DNA from: Candidatus Saccharimonadota bacterium
GTDB lineage: Bacteria; Patescibacteriota; Microgenomatia; UBA1406; GWC2-37-13
NCBI GenBank assembly: GCA_016432445.1
Contig: CP066689.1
Span: forward strand, 60,001 to 92,000
Length of the DNA: 32,000 nt
Direction of reading: 5' to 3'
Part shown: one piece after another, positions 16,463-24,332 of the stretch
Layout of the letters: each line of letters starts with the position of its first letter
Position numbering within the stretch: the first letter of the stretch is position 1
Position numbers and translations under genes: made by a program
Notes under the pieces: generated by a model
Database searches by the model: none
The model's input: the letters and a program-made list of their open reading frames with translations, nothing else
What the model was told of the DNA's origin: nothing

Positions 16463-17761
16463 TTAGAAGGATCTACTTACTTCTTTTCCTAACTTCACCG
16501 CATAATTTGTTCCCCGGTCATAAGGATAGGTCATGTCGAGATTGGCAATGAAAAAGTTTTTGACGGGAGTTTCAAATGTTGGTTTATTTGCTACAAACTC
16601 TTTATCATAAATAGGTTGTGCCCAAGGAGCTTTGAAAAAAAAGTTCTGAGTTATGCGTTCTGAGTATTGCGGATTTATTTGTTTTAAATAAGGAAGATAA
16701 AATTTAACGGCTTCTTCTCCATCCATTTTTAATCTTTTATCATCTCCATCTAAATAATTGGCCACGTAAAGGATATGTTTATCGTTATAATATTTTTTAT
16801 TCATAAAATTAGTATGTTGAACTAAACCCATGATGGGAATATTTTTATCACAGACATTAAGCCAGTAGGTCTTTTCAAGCAATGGCTTTTCTGACTGCAA
16901 AATAAGAGTTGTTGCATGAAGATATTTTATTTTTTTTAAGTTTGATAAATAATTTTCCGGAAAAATATTTTCTGCTAATTTAACTAAAACCGGCGTCGGC
17001 AAGGTAGAAATTACCGCATCATATTTTTCCTCATGAATCATGAATCGTGAATCATGAATCAATATTTCCCCTATTTGACATCCTTTCTTAATCACTACTC
17101 CCAAATCTTGATTAACCTTTTCCAAATAATTAATAAATGTTTGAAAACCACCTTTAATATAACCTAAATCCTTGGTTCTTTTTTTAATTCTGGCCCAAAA
17201 AAAAGAGGTTAGAATAATTCCCGCGTATTTACCGAACTTTTTCCGAAAGAGTTCCTGCCACAGTACATTCCAAGCTTCATCCCCCATGGTTTTCTTTAGA
17301 AACTCCTCAGCCGTTTGCTTCTCATAAAGATTAAAAAAAGGAGAAAATTTAAGAAAAGCCAAAATAAAAGCCGCTCTTATCTTTGATGGCCAAGAGAGAA
17401 GAGGGAACTTCAAAAAATCTTGCGGAGTATCTAAGGGAAATATGCGGGAATTAGATTTTCGATATTCGATTTTCGAAGATCGACTATCGAACATCGGATA
17501 AAGAGAGGCTGTCTCGGGTGACTCGAAAACGACATCATTAAACCCAACCTCTTTGGCAAAATTCAAGATATCCATATCATTAGAGAAGAGGTGATGGTAA
17601 GTCCTTTCCAAATACCAACTCCATTTTTCATCTTTAAACCCTGAAGCTAATCCTCCTAAGATTTCTTCTTTTTCAAAAAGCGTTACCTTGTGACCTTTTT
17701 TAGCAAGATAGTAAGCGGCCGTTAATCCCGTAAACCCTCCACCCAAAATTGCAATTTGCAT
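16463..17761 (-). CDS. NAD(P)/FAD-dependent oxidoreductase (amine-oxidase / protoporphyrinogen-oxidase-like fold)
   Basis: N-terminal dinucleotide-binding motif IAILGGGFTGLTAAYYLAKKGHKVTLFEKEEILGGLA. Contains two in-frame heptamer-repeat segments (see findings). Confidence 0.75.
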   Translation of the reverse strand: MQIAILGGGFTGLTAAYYLAKKGHKVTLFEKEEILGGLASGFKDEKWSWYLERTYHHLFSNDMDILNFAKEVGFNDVVFESPETASLYPMFDSRSSKIEYRKSNSRIFPLDTPQDFLKFPLLSWPSKIRAAFILAFLKFSPFFNLYEKQTAEEFLKKTMGDEAWNVLWQELFRKKFGKYAGIILTSFFWARIKKRTKDLGYIKGGFQTFINYLEKVNQDLGVVIKKGCQIGEILIHDSRFMIHEEKYDAVISTLPTPVLVKLAENIFPENYLSNLKKIKYLHATTLILQSEKPLLEKTYWLNVCDKNIPIMGLVQHTNFMNKKYYNDKHILYVANYLDGDDKRLKMDGEEAVKFYLPYLKQINPQYSERITQNFFFKAPWAQPIYDKEFVANKPTFETPVKNFFIANLDMTYPYDRGTNYAVKLGKEVSRSF

Positions 17762-17786
17762 ATTGTATTAATTATAATAGCTGGAT

Positions 17787-18080
17787 ATGGATATCCCAAC
17801 TCAACTTGAGAAACTAGAGAAAAGAGTTCAAACTATCGAAAACAGAAATAAAAAAGTAGAATTTGATAAGGCCTGGGAAACAAGCACTTTTCGTCGAATA
17901 TTAATTGCTTTCTTTACTTACTTTATTATCGCTTTATTTTTTACAGTTATTAAGATAGAGAAGCCTTTGATTAATGCTATTGTTCCAACCTTAGGATTTT
18001 TACTCTCTACTCTTTCTATTCCTTTTTTTAAGAATCTTTGGATGAAGTTGAAAAACCCGCCTTCGTTACAGAAGAATTAA
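17787..18080 (+). CDS. hypothetical small membrane protein
   Basis: 97 aa with two hydrophobic helices after a charged N-terminus. Confidence 0.45.
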   Translation: MDIPTQLEKLEKRVQTIENRNKKVEFDKAWETSTFRRILIAFFTYFIIALFFTVIKIEKPLINAIVPTLGFLLSTLSIPFFKNLWMKLKNPPSLQKN

Positions 18081-18109
18081 TAACTTCGGCGAGGCACAGT
18101 AATTCCCGC

Positions 18110-18131
18110 ACCTGCCTGCCGGCAGGCAGGT
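18110..18131. terminator. 22-nt perfect GC palindrome, candidate bidirectional terminator hairpin
   Basis: acctgcctgccggcaggcaggt lies between convergent gene ends (17787..18080 plus strand, 18157..19149 minus strand). There is no clear U-tract. Confidence 0.4.
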
Positions 18132-18156
18132 AATTAACGACATTTCCCCGCATGAA

Positions 18157-19149
18157 TTAGAAAAGATTGTCAAATGTGGATTTATTGGCTTTAATCTCCA
18201 TCACTACTGTTTCCAAGAAAAGAAGTATAGGGATAGAAAGAAGGACTCCTAAAACTCCGCCAAGCTTTCCACCAATTATTAAAGCAACAAGAGTTATAAT
18301 CGGATCTAATCCAACAGCTCGTCTCATAATCCAGGGAACAATAAGATTATTTTCAAGCTGCTGAACGATAAAGTAGAGAGCTACTGCCGCAATTCCCAAC
18401 ACATATGAGGTTGATAACCCTATCAAAATTGCAGGAATAGCTGAGATAACCGGACCAATGTTAGGAACAACTTCAAGCAAACCAGCTAACACTGCCAAAG
18501 GCAGGGCATACTTCATACCGATAAGATTTAAACCGATAAAGGTAAAAATACCGACGACAAACATTAATGTTAACTCTCCCCAAAACCAGGCGCTCATTCT
18601 TTTTTCAGCTTTTTCAAAAATAGCTACAATGGGAATAGCTTTTTCTCCATCAAATAATTTAGTAATAAATTTTTTAATAATATCTTCTTCAATGATGAAA
18701 TATAAACCGAAAAAGAGAGTGGTCACCACAAAAAAGATATTAGAAAAAATGCCGCCGACTATCTCAAAAGCCTGTCTTGTGATATTAGGTATATATTGAG
18801 TTAGCGACTCAAGCTGCAGCCAAGAAGAAACTTCAGGACTAACCAAACTTTTTACAATGCCTGGAAGACTTTTGATCAAAGCTCCTCCTTCAGTAATAAT
18901 TGGAGGGACAATAATAGAGAAGAGATAGATAAAAAAGAAAATAAACAATAAATAGACAACTATGGCAGCAGGCTTCCGTGGCAAGCCTCTTTTTTCCAAC
19001 ACCTTAACGGCCGGCCGAAGAGCGCTCATTAAAATAAAAGCGATAAGGAGAGAAAATAATAGTTCTTTTATAATCCATAATAAATATAATGAAAGAATAA
19101 AAAAAACAGCAAAAACAATTGTCCTTCGAGATATCTCAATTTTCCGCAT
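18157..19149 (-). CDS. AI-2E family transporter (PerM/UPF0118)
   Basis: 330 aa and polytopic. The C-terminal region (LEVVPNIGPVISAIP...QQLENNLIVP.IM......PI..L.A...GG.L.G..G) is typical of the family. Confidence 0.8.
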   Translation of the reverse strand: MRKIEISRRTIVFAVFFILSLYLLWIIKELLFSLLIAFILMSALRPAVKVLEKRGLPRKPAAIVVYLLFIFFFIYLFSIIVPPIITEGGALIKSLPGIVKSLVSPEVSSWLQLESLTQYIPNITRQAFEIVGGIFSNIFFVVTTLFFGLYFIIEEDIIKKFITKLFDGEKAIPIVAIFEKAEKRMSAWFWGELTLMFVVGIFTFIGLNLIGMKYALPLAVLAGLLEVVPNIGPVISAIPAILIGLSTSYVLGIAAVALYFIVQQLENNLIVPWIMRRAVGLDPIITLVALIIGGKLGGVLGVLLSIPILLFLETVVMEIKANKSTFDNLF

Positions 19150-19208
19150 ACTATATTATATACCATAACTCATTTGACTTTTTACTATAAAAATACAACA
19201 ATGATATT

Positions 19209-19811
19209 ATGCATGAAGAATACTTAAACAATCCTCAACTAAACCCGCAGGTGATTTTTTCCTGGAAAGCTCCTTTAAGACCATACAAAAAACGCGGTAA
19301 AAATGTTTTAAGATTTTATGTTGCCTTAGCCCTTCTTTTATCTTTAATCATAGTTTTTTTTGGAGATAAAATTCTGTTAATTCCTATATGGGCTGTTCTT
19401 TTTTTATTTTATACACTTACTATCACACCTCCACCTCAAGTTGAGAATAAAATAACTAAGTTTGGTATTGAGTTAGCTGGTGTAACTTTAAGATGGGAAG
19501 CTCTTTCCCATTTTTATTTAACTAAAAGATTTGGTTTTAATATGGCAACTATTGTCAGCCATGGCCCCTACTATCTTCATTCATATCTTGTCTTACCCAA
19601 TGAAGAAATCAAAAATAAAGTAATGAGTATTTTATCAGAACATCTTGTTTATCAAGAAAAACCGCAAAGAAATTTTACAGACAAAGCTGTTGATTGGCTT
19701 TCCAAACTTCTTCCTGATGATGAAGATGAAAAAACTAACTCCCAATCATCTTTTTCCCAAATAAAGGAGCCGATATTTCCTTCACCCCAAACAGGCGTGC
19801 CCAACGGATGA
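19209..19811 (+). CDS. hypothetical membrane protein
   Basis: 200 aa with two adjacent TM helices (FYVALALLLSLIIVFF / LLIPIWAVLFLFYTL). Its 3' end overlaps the convergent PIN-domain gene. Confidence 0.45.
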   Translation: MHEEYLNNPQLNPQVIFSWKAPLRPYKKRGKNVLRFYVALALLLSLIIVFFGDKILLIPIWAVLFLFYTLTITPPPQVENKITKFGIELAGVTLRWEALSHFYLTKRFGFNMATIVSHGPYYLHSYLVLPNEEIKNKVMSILSEHLVYQEKPQRNFTDKAVDWLSKLLPDDEDEKTNSQSSFSQIKEPIFPSPQTGVPNG

Positions 19812-20355
19812 CGCCTTCATCAGAGCTTACTAAAAAACCATTAAGTTCCTTCGCCAAAGCAATAAGCTCAAAATCAGCTAAGCTATCAATAAATCCAAAG
19901 CGGGTAGCTTGTCGATAACGCAAGCGAAAGTGTTTTACGATTGGTCCTATTTTCATCTCAAACTCTTTTTTTCCTAAATTAGGTATCCCAGCCAAAGTTT
20001 GAGCTGCTTGCTTTATTTCTTCTTCAGCTATTGTTTGACCACGGTAATTTCTGCTTCTTACCTCATCAATCATCTGACCTACCAAAGCTGCAGAAAGACT
20101 AACACTATGCAAATCAGGCGACTTAACTGTAATTGTGGACAAAAAATCTTTGATGAAAGGCTGTTCCTTATCTTCAAAAAAACTTAAAAACTCATCAATT
20201 ACTTTTGGAGGTGCAAAAAACTCATGTCTTTCTTCTTTCTTTAGTCTTTTCATGGCTTGAGTTACAGCCACAACAACCTCTTCGGTTTTTTTACCCATAC
20301 CCAAACCTGGCTCCATGTTGAAAAATAAATTGGTATCCAAAACGTACTTTTCCAT
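19735..20355 (-). CDS. PIN-domain protein
   Basis: MEKYVLDTNLFFN has the typical PIN N-terminal acidic motif, and there is a later SSDEGV acidic motif. The ATG at 20355 is preferred over the track start at 20373. It may belong to the archaeal RNA-ligase-partner-like PIN group, but I cannot verify that. Confidence 0.5.
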   Translation of the reverse strand: MEKYVLDTNLFFNMEPGLGMGKKTEEVVVAVTQAMKRLKKEERHEFFAPPKVIDEFLSFFEDKEQPFIKDFLSTITVKSPDLHSVSLSAALVGQMIDEVRSRNYRGQTIAEEEIKQAAQTLAGIPNLGKKEFEMKIGPIVKHFRLRYRQATRFGFIDSLADFELIALAKELNGFLVSSDEGVIRWARLFGVKEISAPLFGKKMIGS

Positions 20356-20377
20356 ATTAGTATAATACCACAATAAT

Positions 20378-20465
20378 GATTTATCGATCTTTGATCTGAG
20401 ATCTTAAATTTTGGATATTGAATGAATTATTTTGCTTCTAAGATTAAAGATTTAACATCTAATCA
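20378..20465. repeat. heptamer-repeat hairpin element (GATCT / AGATT word family)
   Basis: gatttat|cgatctt|tgatctg|agatctt|aaatttt|ggatatt|gaatgaa|ttatttt|gcttcta|agattaa|agattta|acatcta. Confidence 0.7.
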
Positions 20466-20615
20466 CTTGTTTTTGTTCAACATTTTTCGGCTAAATGCGA
20501 TTTTTAGTGGTTGATAAGAAAACTTAAGGCTAGATTTAGTAGCTGATCTATTTTTATTATATTATGACCTCTTGTAAACCCACAATTAGTGGTATAAATT
20601 TTATTCTGGCACAAT

Positions 20616-21062
20616 ATGTATTGTATTTTTTGCGGGCACACCAGCACTGATGTTATAGAAACCAGGCTTTCAGAAGACGGAAGCGCCATAAGAAGAAGGC
20701 GGAACTGTCCTAAATGCCAAAGGCGGTTTACCACCTATGAAAGAATCGAAGAGCTTCCGATACTGGTTATTAAGCGCGACAATACTAGAGAAAGATTTGA
20801 AAGAGAAAAGCTGAGAAGAGGTCTTTTAAAGGCGGCTGAAAAAACTACAGTCTCAGCAGATCATATTGAGAAGATATCCTCAGAGATTGAATCCGAGCTA
20901 AAACAGCAAAGTTCGACCGAGGTTGAGAGTAATCTTATCGGCAACCTGGTTGCCAAAAAGCTTAAAAAACTGGATAAAGTCGCTTATATCCGTTTCGCTT
21001 CGGTTTTTAAAAGGTTTGTCGATGTTGAGGAGTTTGAAAAAGAACTGAAAAAATTATTATAA
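20616..21062 (+). CDS. nrdR: transcriptional repressor NrdR
   Basis: The Zn ribbon MYCIFCGH...CPKCQRRFTTYE followed by an ATP-cone region (ILVIKRDNTRERFEREKL) matches NrdR. Confidence 0.9.
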   Translation: MYCIFCGHTSTDVIETRLSEDGSAIRRRRNCPKCQRRFTTYERIEELPILVIKRDNTRERFEREKLRRGLLKAAEKTTVSADHIEKISSEIESELKQQSSTEVESNLIGNLVAKKLKKLDKVAYIRFASVFKRFVDVEEFEKELKKLL

Positions 21063-21133
21063 AAATAATACCTTTTTATTACAAAATGCTATCTGAATTG
21101 TTATAAAAAATGTTATAATTTCATCATAAAATT

Positions 21134-23497
21134 ATGAAGCTTCAAGGAGTATCAGAAAAGGTTTTTTTAGATCGCTACGCTTTAAAAGATAGCTTAGGAA
21201 ATCCTATTGAAAAAAGTCCTGAAGAAACCTGGCACCGCGTAGCCAAAGCTGTAGCTAAATTAGAAAAAAAAGAGGTTCAGAAAAAATGGGAAAAAGACTT
21301 TTACAAAGCCATGCAGGACTTCAAATATATCCCCGGAGGAAGAATCTTAGCCGGCGCCGGCACTGGTTATTCTGTAACTTATTACAACTGCTTTGTTATC
21401 CCTAGTCCTAAAGATGCCAGAGGCGGCATTCTTGATACTTTAAAACAGATGGTTGAGGTTATGGCCCATGGCGGCGGAGTAGGCATTAATATCTCATCTT
21501 TAAGACCCCGAGGAGCTAGGGTTAAAAAAGTTAATGGTTTCTCTTCAGGTCCTTTAAACTGGGCTGAGCTTTTTTCTCTAGCTACCAAAGACATTATTCA
21601 ACAAGGAGGGACAAGACGGGGAGCTTTGATGCTTATGTTATGGGACTGGCACCCTGATATTGAGGAGTTTATAACTGTCAAGCAAGATTTATCAAGAATT
21701 AACGGCGCCAATCTTTCCCTTTGTATCTCAGATAAATTTATGGAGGCAGTAGAGAAAGATGCGGACTGGCCTTTAGTCTTTCCTGATATTGATGACCCTG
21801 AGTATGATATGAAATGGGAAGGCGATCTTGAGGTTTGGAAAAGTTTAGGGAAAAAAGTAATTGTTCAAAAAGTAGTTAAAGCCAGAAAAATTTGGGATCT
21901 TATTGCAGAGGGAGCTTGGAAATCAGCTGAACCTGGCGTAGTTTTTATGGAAAGATATAACAAAATGTATAACAACTATTATTGGAATCGCATCAACTGC
22001 GTTAATCCTTGCGGTGAAGAGGGTTTGGCGCCTTGGGGCGTATGTAATTTGGGATCTATCAACCTTTCAGCTTTAGTCAAAGGCAATAGTGTTGATAAAA
22101 AAGGAAAGTTTGATTTTGCTACTTTAAAGAAAATAATCCGGGCAGCTGTCCGTCTTCAAGATAATGTTATCGATATGGATCCTTATATATTTGAGGGGAT
22201 GAGAGAAACCCAACTTGAGGGAGAAAGAAGAATCGGATTAGGAACAATGGGTCTTGGAGATACCTTAATCAAACTTCACTTACGATATGGTTCAGATGAA
22301 TCACTGAAATTTATTGAAAAGGTTTACAAATTAATAAGAGATGAAGCTTATAAAGCTTCATCTGAAATTTCCAAAGAAAAAGGACCTTTTAAAAAATTTG
22401 ATAAAGAGCTTTATCTTAAAGGCAAATTTGTCAGCCAGCTTCCTTCAGATGCTAAAACCGATATCGGCAAATATGGCATCAGAAACTCGCTGCTTTTAAC
22501 CCAAGCCCCAACCGGATCAACATCACTTATGGCCAGCACAACCTCAGGGATTGAACCTGTCTTTGAGTTTGAGTTTATACGAAGAGACCGCTTGGGCGAA
22601 CATGTATTAAGACATCATTTATATGATCAATGGTATAAGAAACATGAGGAAGAAATTAAGCAGGGAAAAGTGAAAAAACCTGATTGGTTCGTCTCAGCCA
22701 ATGAACTTTCACCTGAAGATCATGTAAAAGTACAAGCTGTTATTCAAAAATATGTTGATGCCTCTATCTCAAAAACAGTTAATGCCCCCAAAAACCACAC
22801 AGTTGAGGATGTTAAAAAGCTTTATAACTTAGCCTACAAACTTGGTCTTAAAGGTATCGCTTATATGCGTGAAGGATCAAGACCAGGGGTGCTTGAGCGG
22901 AAAGAAGAGAAAAAAGAAGAACAGCCAAAACAACCTGAGATTGCTGTTAAGCCACGCCCGATGGTTGTTCAAGGATCAACGTATAAAATTAATACGCCAG
23001 TTGGCACTGCCTTTATTACGGTTAATACTAACGGCAGCAATGAACCATTGGAAGTATTTATTAATGTTGGGAAGGCAGGAACAGATGTTTACGCTATGGC
23101 TACAGCTTTAGGAAGGGTTATCTCAGTAGCTTTGCGTTTCTCCTCTCATCTATCTCCTAGGGAAAGAGTTAAAGAAATCATTGATCAGCTGGAAGGGATA
23201 GGCGGCGCCAGAACTTTAGGCTTTGGAAAGGAAAAAATCCGCAGTCTGCCTGACGCTGTGGCTAAAGTGCTTTCAATGCATTTTAAATTTAACGGCTACG
23301 CTGAAAAACACGCGGCTGACCAGATGAAACAAGGTGCAAAGCTAGTTAGTGAAGAGATACAACCGCCTTTAATCCAGGCACAGGAACCAGCCATAAGAAC
23401 CGGCCTTTTTGATCTTTGCCCCGGCTGTGGAGAAGCAACTTTAGCTCATGAGGAAGGCTGCGCTAAATGTTATAGTTGTGGTTATTCCGCGTGCTGA
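21134..23497 (+). CDS. nrdJ: adenosylcobalamin-dependent (class II) ribonucleotide reductase
   Basis: 787 aa with YNCFV, the active-site region NPCGEE.L.PWG.CNLGSINL, TQAPTGSTS, and the C-terminal Cys-rich tail CPGCGEATLAHEEGCAKCYSCGYSAC typical of class II RNRs. Confidence 0.9.
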   Translation: MKLQGVSEKVFLDRYALKDSLGNPIEKSPEETWHRVAKAVAKLEKKEVQKKWEKDFYKAMQDFKYIPGGRILAGAGTGYSVTYYNCFVIPSPKDARGGILDTLKQMVEVMAHGGGVGINISSLRPRGARVKKVNGFSSGPLNWAELFSLATKDIIQQGGTRRGALMLMLWDWHPDIEEFITVKQDLSRINGANLSLCISDKFMEAVEKDADWPLVFPDIDDPEYDMKWEGDLEVWKSLGKKVIVQKVVKARKIWDLIAEGAWKSAEPGVVFMERYNKMYNNYYWNRINCVNPCGEEGLAPWGVCNLGSINLSALVKGNSVDKKGKFDFATLKKIIRAAVRLQDNVIDMDPYIFEGMRETQLEGERRIGLGTMGLGDTLIKLHLRYGSDESLKFIEKVYKLIRDEAYKASSEISKEKGPFKKFDKELYLKGKFVSQLPSDAKTDIGKYGIRNSLLLTQAPTGSTSLMASTTSGIEPVFEFEFIRRDRLGEHVLRHHLYDQWYKKHEEEIKQGKVKKPDWFVSANELSPEDHVKVQAVIQKYVDASISKTVNAPKNHTVEDVKKLYNLAYKLGLKGIAYMREGSRPGVLERKEEKKEEQPKQPEIAVKPRPMVVQGSTYKINTPVGTAFITVNTNGSNEPLEVFINVGKAGTDVYAMATALGRVISVALRFSSHLSPRERVKEIIDQLEGIGGARTLGFGKEKIRSLPDAVAKVLSMHFKFNGYAEKHAADQMKQGAKLVSEEIQPPLIQAQEPAIRTGLFDLCPGCGEATLAHEEGCAKCYSCGYSAC

Positions 23498-23500
23498 TAT

Positions 23501-24034
23501 ATGACAATTTATACCAAAACAGGGGATAAAGGTAAGACTTCTCTTTTTGGAGGTAAGCGGGTTTTAAAATGCGATTGCAACATTGAAGCTTATGGATCTA
23601 TCGATGAACTTTCAAGTATTATAGGGCTCATTATTTCTAAAGAAAAAAATAAAGATAAAAAACAGCTGCTTACCGATGTACAGAAAGATTTTTATCAAAT
23701 CATGTCGTCAATTTCAGGCGCAAATGTTAATTTAGCCTCGCTTCTTAAGAAGATAAACTTTTTTGAACAAGAAATTAAAAATATAGAATTAAGACTGCCT
23801 GTTCTAAATCGTTTTATTTTGCCTGGTGGCACTGAAATAGCGGCATTACTTCATATTTCCCGAACTGTTTGCCGAAGAGCCGAAAGAGATGTCGCTCGCT
23901 ATTTTGAAACAGAAAAAAAAGATCACAAAATACAAAATTATAAGTCATTTATTCTTCCTTACTTAAATCGGCTTTCTGATCTTTTATTTATAATGGCAAG
24001 AGAAGCTAACAAAAATAATGAAGTAACAGTTTAA
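23501..24034 (+). CDS. PduO-type ATP:cob(I)alamin adenosyltransferase
   Basis: N-terminus IYTKTGDKGKTSLFGGKRV, then GSIDELSS..G, F.LPGG......LH..RTVCRRAER and YLNRLSDLLF. Confidence 0.85.
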   Translation: MTIYTKTGDKGKTSLFGGKRVLKCDCNIEAYGSIDELSSIIGLIISKEKNKDKKQLLTDVQKDFYQIMSSISGANVNLASLLKKINFFEQEIKNIELRLPVLNRFILPGGTEIAALLHISRTVCRRAERDVARYFETEKKDHKIQNYKSFILPYLNRLSDLLFIMAREANKNNEVTV

Positions 24035-24042
24035 ACTACGAA

Positions 24043-24062
24043 CCTGCCTGCCGGCAGGCAGG
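24043..24062. terminator. 20-nt perfect GC palindrome flanked by CTACGAA heptamers, candidate terminator of the nrdJ-pduO unit
   Basis: cctgcctgccggcaggcagg lies 9 nt after the adenosyltransferase stop. Flanking words are ctacgaa | ccacgaa|ctaccaa|ctacgaa. Confidence 0.45.
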
Positions 24063-24087
24063 CCACGAACTACCAACTACGAACATG

Positions 24088-24116
24088 TTGATTTTAATTA
24101 TCTTTAATAGTATGCT
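24088..24116 (+). promoter_or_regulatory. candidate promoter of the riboswitch-led operon
   Basis: TTGATT, a 17-nt spacer, TATGCT, about 20 nt upstream of riboswitch stem P1. Confidence 0.45.
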
Positions 24117-24138
24117 AAGAAAGCATTTTTAAAAATTA

Positions 24139-24308
24139 GGCTTGGTTTAACCACAATAAGGTTAATTGGGAATACGGTGTGAATCCGTAACTGTGCCGCA
24201 GCGGTAAAAGTTAGTCGCGAGTCGTTAGTCATGAGTCATTAAAAATGACTCTCAAGACTAAAGACTCAAGTCTCAAGACTAAACTTGAGTCCGAAGACCG
24301 ACCAAGCT
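24139..24308 (+). promoter_or_regulatory. cobalamin (B12) riboswitch
   Basis: The core GGUUAAUUGGGAAUACGGUGUGAAUCCGUAACUGUGCCGCAGCGGUAAAAG parallels E. coli btuB GUUAAUAGGGAAUCCAGUGCGAAUCUGGAGCUGACGCGCAGCGGUAAGG. The 3' B12-box GAGUCCGAAGACCGACC fits rAGYCMGgAgaCCkGCc. The P1 halves are ggcttggt / accaagc. Confidence 0.85.
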
Positions 24309-24332
24309 CTCGACCCCGAGCAGGGATTATTT

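Noticed and set aside
20560-20600. Possible NrdR box (cccacaattagtgg) overlapping a TGgTATAAA extended -10 upstream of nrdR. Also searched upstream of nrdJ.
   Set aside because: There is only one imperfect palindrome (CCACAA/TAGTGG). I found no second box at the usual helical spacing and nothing convincing upstream of nrdJ. Too weak to annotate.
21134-23497. Checked nrdJ for an intein or group I/II intron insertion, which are common in RNR genes.
   Set aside because: The ORF is continuous, its length is normal for class II RNR, and no HNH/LAGLIDADG-like block or Cys/Ser...His-Asn splice-junction pattern was noticed.
24285-24332. The track start (TTG 24285) of the riboswitch-controlled ORF, and similar N-terminal extensions at 5553, 7324 and 20373.
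   Set aside because: The extensions run into the riboswitch B12 box, a repeat element or promoter-like sequence. In-frame ATGs further downstream give N-termini that fit the family patterns better.
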